Assembly: GCA_963615055.1 (NCBI GenBank) | Contig: CAVEFO010000001.1 | Span: 48,948 to 112,947, forward strand | Source: Lachnospiraceae bacterium | GTDB taxonomy: Bacteria > Bacillota > Negativicutes > Veillonellales > Dialisteraceae | DNA length: 64,000 bases | Direction of reading: 5' to 3' | Position numbers and translations under genes: made by a program | Notes under the pieces: model-generated | What the model was told of the DNA's origin: nothing | Databases searched by the model: none | The model's input: only the letters and a program-made list of their open reading frames with translations | Shown: positions 10,604 through 18,493 of the stretch, piece after piece | Layout: every line of letters starts with the position of its first letter | How positions within the stretch are numbered: the first letter of the stretch is position 1

Positions 10604-11724
10604 TACGCTTCGTCTTTCGCCAGAGCCTCAGCCTTAGCCGCCTCTTCCGCTCTCACACGATCTTCTGCCTTTTGCACGTCCGCAGCCGCCGACTCTTTTG
10701 CCGACTTCTCGACATCTTCACTCGACGTGATTTCCACTTTGACACCGTCTGCCGTCGTCCCGGTCCCCTTCGTATCTTCCAAAGGATGCGTCAATTTGTA
10801 GGACGGAGCACCTGCTTTCTGCTGCATGCCGCGCGTCGTCACATCCTCGCGCGTCTGAATGTAGAGCACCGAGCCGGCTGCAATTTCGACATCTTTCCCC
10901 TTGACGAAGAAACCGCCGACAAGGCCGATCGGTCCCAACGCCAAAGCCCCGATGACAGACGCCCCGACCGCCGCGGCCTCCATTTTCAATTTTTCTTTCG
11001 CTTCCGGTCCCAAGACGGTCGGGATTTCTTCATCGTCAATGGAGAAGACCTGATTGAAGGAAATTTCCAAAGAGCCGCTTTGTCCGAACATTTTCGGCCG
11101 CGACACTTTCGTGACGACGCCGCTCCCCTGCGCCCCCCGAGGAAGGACCAAGACCTCATCGACTTTCACGTCCTCCGCAACGGAAAAATGCACGACATCA
11201 TTCACTTTATTCGTCTTGGAACTGACATCTTCATTCAAAGAAATTTTGAAAACCGTATCCGCCGGCAGCGTCACGGGCACCAGCTCAAAATGCGTATCGC
11301 CGTAGATCGCCTTTTCAATCTCCCCGACACGAAGCTGCAGAGCCCCCTTTTTCTTCTTGCCCCAGACCGTATTTTCCAACAATTCCGTACGTTCGCTGAG
11401 ACCATCCTGCTTAATCTCATCCGTCAGATAATATTCCAGCGTATTGATTCTCGTCGACAGAGACGCCTGATCCGTATCGGCGCCGCGCACGACATCCCGA
11501 TACAAATCGGACATCCGATCATCCAGTGACTGCTCCGTATAGCTCTTTCCGTAAATCAGCGTATCCAAATTTCCGATACGATCCAAGAAAGGACCGTTCT
11601 GTACACTGCCGTATACCACCGTATCCAGCTTATCCGCGCGATCCGTCAATGTCGTGGGCTCAGCTGCCGAGACTGCCTGCGCCATGACCGCTGCCAATGC
11701 TGCTGCCAAAAGAACTTTCTTCAT
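10603..11724 (-). CDS. secreted protein of unknown function
   Basis: 373 aa. Signal peptide MKKVLLAAALAAVMAQAVSA. Repeated L(D/E)xx(V/I)(Y/W)G motifs. Acidic, Ala/Glu-rich C-terminus. 1-nt TAATG overlap with the next gene. Confidence 0.6.
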   Translation of the reverse strand: MKKVLLAAALAAVMAQAVSAAEPTTLTDRADKLDTVVYGSVQNGPFLDRIGNLDTLIYGKSYTEQSLDDRMSDLYRDVVRGADTDQASLSTRINTLEYYLTDEIKQDGLSERTELLENTVWGKKKKGALQLRVGEIEKAIYGDTHFELVPVTLPADTVFKISLNEDVSSKTNKVNDVVHFSVAEDVKVDEVLVLPRGAQGSGVVTKVSRPKMFGQSGSLEISFNQVFSIDDEEIPTVLGPEAKEKLKMEAAAVGASVIGALALGPIGLVGGFFVKGKDVEIAAGSVLYIQTREDVTTRGMQQKAGAPSYKLTHPLEDTKGTGTTADGVKVEITSSEDVEKSAKESAAADVQKAEDRVRAEEAAKAEALAKDEA

Positions 11725-11736
11725 GAATACCCCTCC

Positions 11737-12186
11737 TTACAACTTCAGATCGATGACGGCCGATACGCCGACACCTTGCACACGACTCGCATTCGTCGGA
11801 TTTATGCCGTTAAGCGGGACGAGCCCCTTAATGCGGACCAACTCCGAATTGAAACCGACTTCCAGCTGTCCCACAGCCTCCACCTGCGCGACCTGCTCCG
11901 CATCGCCGATGACCTGCGCCGCGCCGATGTAGCCGCTCTTTCCGATACTCACAATCGGCACCACCTTCGTCGCATAATTCGTCCCGACGCCCTCTTTCAT
12001 CATCACGGAATTGATGGCGCTATTGATTTGGTCTCCGAACTTGGAAACGATGACCCCGACACCGCCGACCTTGGCGACACCACCCAAGATATCTCCGAGA
12101 CCGAAAGCGGAAACATTCGCCGCGCCCGCTCCCAGCATCGCCGAAAGCAGACACGCCGCCGCCGCTTTTTTCCCATTCCACTTCAT
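11737..12186 (-). CDS. small secreted protein of unknown function
   Basis: 149 aa with a signal peptide and Gly/Val-rich composition. First gene of the tightly packed envelope block. Confidence 0.55.
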   Translation of the reverse strand: MKWNGKKAAAACLLSAMLGAGAANVSAFGLGDILGGVAKVGGVGVIVSKFGDQINSAINSVMMKEGVGTNYATKVVPIVSIGKSGYIGAAQVIGDAEQVAQVEAVGQLEVGFNSELVRIKGLVPLNGINPTNASRVQGVGVSAVIDLKL

Positions 12187-12338
12187 TTCGCAAACTCCTT
12201 CCCACCTTTATTAAAACAAAAAACAATACACGCAAGATACACTATCGATTTCATTATAAAATAAACGCCGCTCGGAAGCAACAGAAAAGAAAAGAAATCT
12301 CTCCTTTCTTCCGAAAAAAAATCCGTTCGCTTTTCACC

Positions 12339-12357
12339 AAAAAAGCCCGCCTTGGGC
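12339..12357 (-). terminator. rho-independent terminator after the SCIFF maturase
   Basis: On the minus strand: GCCC-AAGGC-GGGC hairpin followed by TTTTTT. Confidence 0.5.
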
Positions 12358-12375
12358 AAGACGAGCTTTCCGAAA

Positions 12376-13821
12376 TTATGAATTTTTTTCTTCCGCCGCT
12401 TCCCGTGCCAATTGCTTTCGAAGTCCCGGCACCGGCATGACCTGCGGATGATGGATTTTATTGTACGCCTGAATCATGAGCGCGCACTCAATCCGTTTCT
12501 TCTGGATCTCGCACGTGATATCAAACGGTTTTTGAATGTCGCCCGCATACGTTTCATTGTTGGCATGACAACCGCCCGAGCAATAGAAACGCGCCCAGCA
12601 TTGCACACACTCCGGCTTGGAGAGGACATGGTTCTCACGGAAACTTTTCATCATGTCCATATTTTTCAATCCTTCGTACACATTGCCGATCACATAGCCG
12701 TCACGCCCGACAAATTGATGACAAGGGTAAATATCGCCATTGGGTACGACCGCCAGATATTCATGTCCTGCGCCGCAGCCGCGAAGCCGCTTGGGCAGAC
12801 ACGACCCGCGCCACAAATCCATATTGAAATGGAAATAAAAGAACGGATGCCCCGCTTCCTCGCGCTCGATGAAAATTTTCGCCAACTTTTCATACTCATC
12901 GAAAATTTGCGGCAAATCTTCTTTTTGAATCGCATACGCTTCCGACGCATCCCCGATAACGGGCTCCATGGAGAGCGCCGGAAAGCCTTTATCCACGATA
13001 TCCGTAACATCCGTCGCAAAATCCAAATTGTAACGCGTGTACGTCCCGCGGACATAGTACTCCTCGCCGTCACGATGCTCGACGCAGTATTGCAAATTTT
13101 TCAAAATCCGATCATACGTCGGCTCCCCTTGGACACCCGGCCGCATCCGATCATGCATTTCCTTTCGCCCATCCAGCGACAGAATGAGGGAAATATGATT
13201 TTCGGTCAAATAGCGTGTCTTTTCTTCATCCAAGAGCAGTCCATTCGTCGTGAGCGACAGCTTGATGATCTTATTGTGTTTCTTCTCCTGCTGCCGGATA
13301 TAGGAAACGGTTTCCTGAATTACATGCCAATTCATGAGCGGCTCGCCGCCGAAGAAATCAATTTCGCAATGCTTGCGCCCGCCGCTGTGCGCAATCAAAA
13401 AATCCACCGCGCGCCGCGCCACGTCGAAACTCATCAGCATCCGCCATTGCCCGTAGCCGCCCTGCCCCGCAAAACAGTATCGGCAGCGCAAATTGCAATC
13501 GTGCGCGATATTGAGACAGAGCGCTTTGATGATTGGTTTATCTTCGATGACCACTCGATAATTCGGATCCATCGGCGCCAAAAGTTGCTCCTTTTGCACC
13601 AAGGAATCCAAATCAGAGAGAACATCATCGACTTCCTCTTTCCCGTATTTTTCGTCGAAAGCGGTATGCACAGCCGCCGCATTTGTCCCGTCATAGACGC
13701 CTAAAATATCATATGTCATTTCATCCGTGACGTGGACAATGCCGCTGTTCACATCCAGCACGATATTCATGCCGTTTTGCTGAAACCGGTGAAACATCGG
13801 TTTTACATCATATCCCATCAT
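12376..13821 (-). CDS. radical SAM/SPASM thioether-forming SCIFF peptide maturase
   Basis: 481 aa. CxxxCxxC radical-SAM motif (CNLRCRYC) and a Cys-rich SPASM C-terminus. Lies immediately downstream of a SCIFF-type precursor gene. Confidence 0.85.
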   Translation of the reverse strand: MMGYDVKPMFHRFQQNGMNIVLDVNSGIVHVTDEMTYDILGVYDGTNAAAVHTAFDEKYGKEEVDDVLSDLDSLVQKEQLLAPMDPNYRVVIEDKPIIKALCLNIAHDCNLRCRYCFAGQGGYGQWRMLMSFDVARRAVDFLIAHSGGRKHCEIDFFGGEPLMNWHVIQETVSYIRQQEKKHNKIIKLSLTTNGLLLDEEKTRYLTENHISLILSLDGRKEMHDRMRPGVQGEPTYDRILKNLQYCVEHRDGEEYYVRGTYTRYNLDFATDVTDIVDKGFPALSMEPVIGDASEAYAIQKEDLPQIFDEYEKLAKIFIEREEAGHPFFYFHFNMDLWRGSCLPKRLRGCGAGHEYLAVVPNGDIYPCHQFVGRDGYVIGNVYEGLKNMDMMKSFRENHVLSKPECVQCWARFYCSGGCHANNETYAGDIQKPFDITCEIQKKRIECALMIQAYNKIHHPQVMPVPGLRKQLAREAAEEKNS

Positions 13822-13837
13822 TCACCTCAAACGCAAA

Positions 13838-13870
13838 GAAAAACCCCCGCGCGATCATACGCACGGGGGG
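13838..13870 (-). terminator. intercistronic hairpin between the SCIFF gene and its maturase
   Basis: On the minus strand: CCCCCG..CGGGGG stem followed by TTTTTCT. Could act as a partial terminator that sets the precursor-to-enzyme ratio. Confidence 0.4.
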
Positions 13871-13881
13871 TGCGGCCGAAA

Positions 13882-14043
13882 TTATTCCGCCTCTTTTTTT
13901 GCCTGTTCCGTGCAGACGAGATTGCCGACTGTGCAGCTCGTCTTGCAAGCGGACTGGCAGGATGTCTGGCATTCGCTGCAGCTTTCAAATTTGATGGTAT
14001 CCTGCAAAGACACCTCATTGACCGTCACGATATGTTTGGACAT
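13882..14043 (-). CDS. SCIFF (six-cysteines-in-forty-five) ribosomal peptide precursor
   Basis: Absent from the ORF track because it is under 60 aa. My translation is MSKHIVTVNEVSLQDTIKFESCSECQTSCQSACKTSCTVGNLVCTEQAKKEAE (53 aa, six Cys). Preceded by an AGGAGG Shine-Dalgarno. Confidence 0.85.
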   Translation of the reverse strand: MSKHIVTVNEVSLQDTIKFESCSECQTSCQSACKTSCTVGNLVCTEQAKKEAE

Positions 14044-14133
14044 GGAAAACACCTCCTACTTCACCACTTTGTATTTCCATTTTATCATATGTCGCAAGTG
14101 AAAAAAAGATGACGCCGGAAAATTTCTTTTCAT

Positions 14134-15126
14134 TTACCGGAAATAGGAAAAGAGCAAATACACACCCGCACCGACGGCCGCCGTGCACGGAATCGTCATG
14201 ACCCACGCCGAGACCATCTGATACGCGACATTCCAATGCACCGCATGGAAACGTTTCGCCCAGCCGACGCCCAAGACGGAGCCGGTCACGACGTGCGTCG
14301 TGGAAACGGGCATGTGGAGCATTGTCGCCGTAAAAATTGTCAGTGCGGAATTGAGCTCGGATGCCAATCCGTGAATCGGCTGCATACGGAAAATTTTATT
14401 GCCCACCGTCCGGATGATTTTCCAGCCGCCGACGCTCGTCCCCGTCGCCATTGCCAAAGCACAAGCCAGTTTCACCAAATCCGGCACTTCAAGCTCCGTG
14501 ATGTAGCCGCCGGAGAGCATCGCAAGCGTGATAATCCCCATGGATTTCTGCGCATCGTTCGACCCGTGGGAAAATGCCATGAGCGCCGCGGACGCAATCT
14601 GGATTTTATTCGCCACGGCATTGACGCGCGTCTGGTTCACTTTTCGGAGCAACATATAGAGCACCGTCATGAAGACGTAGCCGAAGAGCATCGCGACAAT
14701 CGGAGAAAAAACAAGTCCCGCCGCAATGGTCAGGACGCCGTGCCCGTCAATCGCACCGAATCCGTATGAAATGACGACCGCGCCCAAGACGCCGCCGATC
14801 AAAGCGTGAGAAGAAGACGACGGAAGCCCGACCCACCATGTGAAAAGATTCCAAAGGATGGCCGCCGTCAGCGCCGCCAAGAGCACGACCGAATCGACCA
14901 TGGACGGAGAACGCACAATTTCCCCGCCGATCGTTTTCGCGACCCCGGTCGAGACCATCGCGCCCACAAAATTCAAAACAGCGGACATGACAATGGCTAC
15001 CGTCGGCGAGAGCGCGCGCGTGACGACCGTCGTCGCAATCGCGTTTGCCGTATCGTGGAAACCGTTGATGAAATCGAAAATCAAAGCCAGCGCAATCACC
15101 GCACCGATGAGATATAAATCAGGCAT
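14134..15126 (-). CDS. pit: inorganic phosphate transporter, PiT family
   Basis: 330-aa polytopic membrane protein with duplicated GxNDxxN/HGSNDAQK-type PiT motifs (GFHDTANA, HGSNDAQK). Confidence 0.85.
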   Translation of the reverse strand: MPDLYLIGAVIALALIFDFINGFHDTANAIATTVVTRALSPTVAIVMSAVLNFVGAMVSTGVAKTIGGEIVRSPSMVDSVVLLAALTAAILWNLFTWWVGLPSSSSHALIGGVLGAVVISYGFGAIDGHGVLTIAAGLVFSPIVAMLFGYVFMTVLYMLLRKVNQTRVNAVANKIQIASAALMAFSHGSNDAQKSMGIITLAMLSGGYITELEVPDLVKLACALAMATGTSVGGWKIIRTVGNKIFRMQPIHGLASELNSALTIFTATMLHMPVSTTHVVTGSVLGVGWAKRFHAVHWNVAYQMVSAWVMTIPCTAAVGAGVYLLFSYFR

Positions 15127-15745
15127 ATTTCATGACCACCTCTTTGATGATATTGCTCACGGTCTCTGCCTGATCCACCGTCGTTTCCAGCGTTTCCATG
15201 ATTTCCTTCCAGCGGATAATCTCCAAAACGTCGTGGCTGCCGTCGAAAAGCTCGGAAATCATATCGCGGTACACCTGATCCGCCTCCGATTCCAGCGCAT
15301 TGATACGCTGCGCCCGTTCGGCAATCTCCCGCTCATTGTGCACCAAATCTTTCATGAGTCGGAAAATGACGACAAGTTCCGCCGATGCTTCCACCAAAAT
15401 ATCCGCCATCCGATTCGGCGCCTCACCGGCCAGCCCCGCATGGTAAATTTTTAATGACAAAACGACATCCTTCATATCATCCACGCAGTCATCGACATGG
15501 CTCGTCAGGAGATAAAAATCCTCCCGATCGATCGGCGTGATGAAGACCTGTTTCATTTTTGCCGTAATCTCATGCGTCACGCGATCCGCCGCATGCTCCA
15601 GCTCCCGCACATCCTTGCTGTAGCGATCCAGCTTGGAAATATCGTGCATGAGCTCTTGCGCCATCAAGGCACCTTTATGAAAATACTCGGCGTTCGTCAC
15701 CAAAAAATCAAAAAATTCCTCGTGCTTATTGACCAGACTGAACAT
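15119..15745 (-). CDS. DUF47/PhoU-like phosphate transport regulator
   Basis: Helical protein of about 208 aa that overlaps the pit start. Start chosen at MFSLVNKHEEFFDF with a GGGAGGGG Shine-Dalgarno. Confidence 0.8.
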   Translation of the reverse strand: MFSLVNKHEEFFDFLVTNAEYFHKGALMAQELMHDISKLDRYSKDVRELEHAADRVTHEITAKMKQVFITPIDREDFYLLTSHVDDCVDDMKDVVLSLKIYHAGLAGEAPNRMADILVEASAELVVIFRLMKDLVHNEREIAERAQRINALESEADQVYRDMISELFDGSHDVLEIIRWKEIMETLETTVDQAETVSNIIKEVVMKYA

Positions 15746-15833
15746 ACGCCCCTCCCGCACCTTTCTCCGTCGCCGAAAAATTCTTTACCCAAATAAGCCG
15801 CTCCGAAACATTTTCTTTATCCTACACGTCCAA

Positions 15834-15850
15834 TGTAAAGGGTTTGTAAA
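15834..15850 (-). promoter_or_regulatory. candidate Pho box upstream of DUF47-pit
   Basis: On the minus strand: TTTACA-aaccc-TTTACA. Two weaker TT-starting hexamers (TTTCCT, TTAAAG) precede it in 11-bp phase. Matches the TT(A/T/C)ACA-N5 direct-repeat rule known for B. subtilis PhoP. Confidence 0.35.
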
Positions 15851-15922
15851 ATTTTCTTTAAATTTAGGAAAATTTAACTGAAATTTTAGCAATACAAAAC
15901 GGCAGAAATACGATCTGCCGCT

Positions 15923-15951
15923 TTGCATTTTTTCATTCTGTCTGGTATTAT
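15923..15951 (+). promoter_or_regulatory. candidate promoter of the small hydrophobic-peptide transcript
   Basis: TTGCAT, 17 nt, TATTAT. Confidence 0.4.
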
Positions 15952-16018
15952 CATCGCGAGGGTGCTTGGTAGAGAATGGCAGCCGCTTCCGCTCCCCGTT
16001 TCGAGGGGAGGTGATACC

Positions 16019-16081
16019 ATGGAACTGATCATTATTTTCATGATTTTGTTGCTGGTTATCGTTTTAGTCCTAAAAAACTAA
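16019..16081 (+). CDS. 20-aa hydrophobic peptide, candidate type I toxin
   Basis: My translation is MELIIIFMILLLVIVLVLKN. The GGGGAGGTG Shine-Dalgarno is partly buried in the CTCCCC/GGGGAG hairpin (15992-16010). Too short for the ORF track. Confidence 0.45.
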   Translation: MELIIIFMILLLVIVLVLKN

Positions 16082-16090
16082 CCCAAGGAA

Positions 16091-16123
16091 AAAGCCGCCC
16101 CATCTCACAAACGCGGCGGCCTT
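16091..16123. terminator. GC-rich hairpin between the peptide ORF and the convergent promoter
   Basis: GCCGCC..GGCGGC stem. On the minus strand it is followed by TTTTTCC, so it could terminate a short antisense RNA. Confidence 0.35.
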
Positions 16124-16186
16124 CTTCCTTATAAACCTATTATAGGGGAGTCGGCACTGTCGTACCAAGCATCCTTTTCTGTCGCC

Positions 16187-16215
16187 ATTATACCAAATTC
16201 ATTTTCTTTTCGCAA
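16187..16215 (-). promoter_or_regulatory. candidate convergent (antisense) promoter
   Basis: On the minus strand: TTGCGA, 17 nt, TATAAT. Would transcribe back over the 3' UTR of the peptide mRNA. Confidence 0.35.
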
Positions 16216-16228
16216 ACAAAACAACAAA

Positions 16229-16277
16229 AAATCCCTTCGCCGTATCGATATCACACAGCGAGGGGATTTTTATTTTT
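16229..16277. terminator. bidirectional rho-independent terminator
   Basis: 12-bp stem AAATCCCTTCGC/GCGAGGGGATTT flanked by T-runs on both strands. Ends rubrerythrin on the minus strand and any plus-strand transcript. Confidence 0.6.
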
Positions 16278-16283
16278 TGTTTC

Positions 16284-16838
16284 TTATTTTACGACCGCAA
16301 AGAACGACTGCGGATGCCCGCAGACCGGGCATTCCTGCGGGGCGGCAACGGATTCGGCCGTGAAACCGCAATTCGCACACATCCAGAGGCGTTTTTCGCC
16401 TTTCTTGAAGAGCGTCTCATTTTCGACATCCGCCAAAAGCATTTTGTAACGCGTCTCATGGCGTTTTTCGATTTCGCCGACTTTATCGAAGAGCATTGCG
16501 ATGTGGTCGAAGCCTTCTTCGCGTGCCGTCTTGGCAAATTCCGGATACATGGACGTCCATTCGCCGTTTTCGCCGGCCGCCGCTGCCTTCAGATTGTCGG
16601 CCGTCTTGTCCGAAAGGCCACCCAAGAGCCAGAACCAAATCTTGGCATGCGCTCTTTCATTCGTCGCCGTTTCCGTGAAAATGCCGGCGATTTCTTCGGA
16701 ATCTTTTTTCGCTTTCGCCGCGAAAAGCTGGTACTTCACATGCGCCATCGATTCTCCGGCAAACGCCGCTTCCAAATTTTTCTCCGTCTTCGTGCCGTTG
16801 AGCTTAGCCGCTTCTTCGAGCAAAACTTTTTCGTTCAT
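16284..16838 (-). CDS. rbr: rubrerythrin
   Basis: Start at [30 protein letters not shown] with an AGGAGG Shine-Dalgarno. Ferritin-like diiron domain plus a C-terminal rubredoxin-like CxxC..CxxC. Confidence 0.85.
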   Translation of the reverse strand: MNEKVLLEEAAKLNGTKTEKNLEAAFAGESMAHVKYQLFAAKAKKDSEEIAGIFTETATNERAHAKIWFWLLGGLSDKTADNLKAAAAGENGEWTSMYPEFAKTAREEGFDHIAMLFDKVGEIEKRHETRYKMLLADVENETLFKKGEKRLWMCANCGFTAESVAAPQECPVCGHPQSFFAVVK

Positions 16839-16932
16839 TTGAAACCTCCTGAAAATAGAATTTTGATTTTTTCTGTGACAAGAAACGGAAATACCATCTC
16901 CGATCTTTCGGCATTTCGCTTCTCGCATATTC

Positions 16933-16961
16933 ATTTTATTGGATATACCGAAGCTCGTCAA
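16933..16961 (-). promoter_or_regulatory. candidate rubrerythrin promoter
   Basis: On the minus strand: TTGACG, 17 nt, TAAAAT. Confidence 0.45.
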
Positions 16962-17032
16962 TCGGGAAGTTATAGTTTTTGAGGCGGAAATATTCAGCTT
17001 TAGGCTCACCTAAATGTTCCAGAAGTTTCCCA

Positions 17033-17335
17033 TCACCAATTCCGTTCCTGCAAAGCCCAGTCATGCTCCGTGCTGTGCTTTTGCAAATGACGGATATCCT
17101 TTTCGACGTCTTTGAATTTTTCGTCCGTCACGCCGGCATGCCAATAGAGCGAGCCGATATGCGTCCCGTAATCTGCCGCTTCCTGCCGCATCATGCGCTC
17201 CTCTAAATCGACAATCCGGCATTGCTGCCAAATGAGGACGCCGATCAAAAAAAGCAGCAACAAAAGAAACGCACGATTCGATTTCTGTGACCAAAACGAG
17301 CCCACGCGTCCCCATTTCCTCTCATCAACCTTCAT
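17033..17335 (-). CDS. single-pass membrane protein of unknown function
   Basis: Start at MKVDERKW with one transmembrane helix (FLLLLLFLIGVLIW). Overlaps the LysR stop by 11 nt. Confidence 0.45.
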   Translation of the reverse strand: MKVDERKWGRVGSFWSQKSNRAFLLLLLFLIGVLIWQQCRIVDLEERMMRQEAADYGTHIGSLYWHAGVTDEKFKDVEKDIRHLQKHSTEHDWALQERNW

Positions 17336-18218
17336 CCGGCAATTCCAGATGATCTTTCGTAAATTCGATCCAAAGCTTGGCCGCCCGCGGGAGATGACGA
17401 TCTTTTTTCCATATCGCATACAGGCGATGCGTCATTTCCGGCTCGACCAGAGGCCGCATGACGACGCCCGCTTCGTTTTGGCCGGAAATCAGGCGGCTCG
17501 GCAAAATGGCGACGCCAAGTCCCGAGCTTACTGTCTGCAGCATCAATTCGCATTGGCTCGTCTCAAAGACAATCTTCGGAGCAAAGCCGACCTTTTCGCA
17601 CGCCGCCAAAATCTCGTCATGCAAATTGAAATCATGGCGATAGAGGACGAGCGGATATTCGGCGAGCGCTTTGAGCGGCACTTCATTTTTCTCAGCCAAC
17701 GGACATGTGGCCGACATCGCGACACACATCTCATCGCGCGACAGGAAAAACGATTCAAAATCTTGATTCGGAATCGTGCAGACAATCCCCACATCGACGG
17801 CGCCTTCCTGTACGGCATGCTCAATCGATTTGGAGCCGTGCTCATAGAGCTTAATCTCAATTGGCGGATACGTTTTCTTGAATTCTCCCAAAAGTTTCCC
17901 GAAAACGTGCGCATCCGTCAGCGGCGGCAATCCAATCTCGATTGTGTCCTGCTTCAGATTGTATTCGTTCTCGAAATCCGTCTTCAAATGTTCAAACATG
18001 AAAAGGCAACGCTTCGTGTAATTCAAAAAAATTACGCCGGCCGCCGTCAGTTCCACGTTTTTGGAATTGCGATTGAAAAGCGACAAACCGAGCTCCGTCT
18101 CCAATGCTTTGATCATGCGGCTGATGGCCGATTGGGAAATACCAAACGCATCGGCCGCGCGGCTGAAACTTTTCCGCTCCGCCGTTTCGGCAAAATACCG
18201 CAAATGTCTGTAATCCAT
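17325..18218 (-). CDS. LysR-family transcriptional regulator
   Basis: 297 aa. N-terminal wHTH (MDYRHLRYFAETAERKSFSRAADAFGISQSAISRMIKALE) and a LysR substrate-binding domain. Divergent from PFOR. Confidence 0.85.
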   Translation of the reverse strand: MDYRHLRYFAETAERKSFSRAADAFGISQSAISRMIKALETELGLSLFNRNSKNVELTAAGVIFLNYTKRCLFMFEHLKTDFENEYNLKQDTIEIGLPPLTDAHVFGKLLGEFKKTYPPIEIKLYEHGSKSIEHAVQEGAVDVGIVCTIPNQDFESFFLSRDEMCVAMSATCPLAEKNEVPLKALAEYPLVLYRHDFNLHDEILAACEKVGFAPKIVFETSQCELMLQTVSSGLGVAILPSRLISGQNEAGVVMRPLVEPEMTHRLYAIWKKDRHLPRAAKLWIEFTKDHLELPDEG

Positions 18219-18345
18219 GCTACGCCCTCCTTATCCGTACCGAGATCGAATTCCGCCGCAAAGAGAAACCTTGACTCCCCCCCCCGCTATAACGAAATCC
18301 AATCCTCATTTTGAAAAAATGCTTTTTTGCACGGACATCGCCGGC

Positions 18346-18374
18346 TTGAGAAAAGTTTAATTTTCTCATATAAT
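18346..18374 (+). promoter_or_regulatory. candidate PFOR promoter with embedded dyad
   Basis: TTGAGA, 17 nt, TATAAT. The spacer holds the dyad GAGAAAA-N6-TTTTCTC, a possible site for the divergent LysR regulator. Confidence 0.5.
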
Positions 18375-18493
18375 GAAGACAATCCCGGCATACCCTGCGT
18401 GAAAAGCGCTATGAGTTTTTGTTCCGGAGATATTGTACCCAATTTTTAAGAAATTCGCAATACGCGGCGAGTTTCTGATTTTGGAAACGCGAG

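Noticed and set aside
13827-14018. 63-aa track ORF on the minus strand (MRCLCRIPSNLKAAANARHP...).
   Set aside because: It is an alternative frame of the SCIFF precursor DNA. The 53-aa SCIFF frame has the Shine-Dalgarno, the six-Cys signature and the expected maturase partner.
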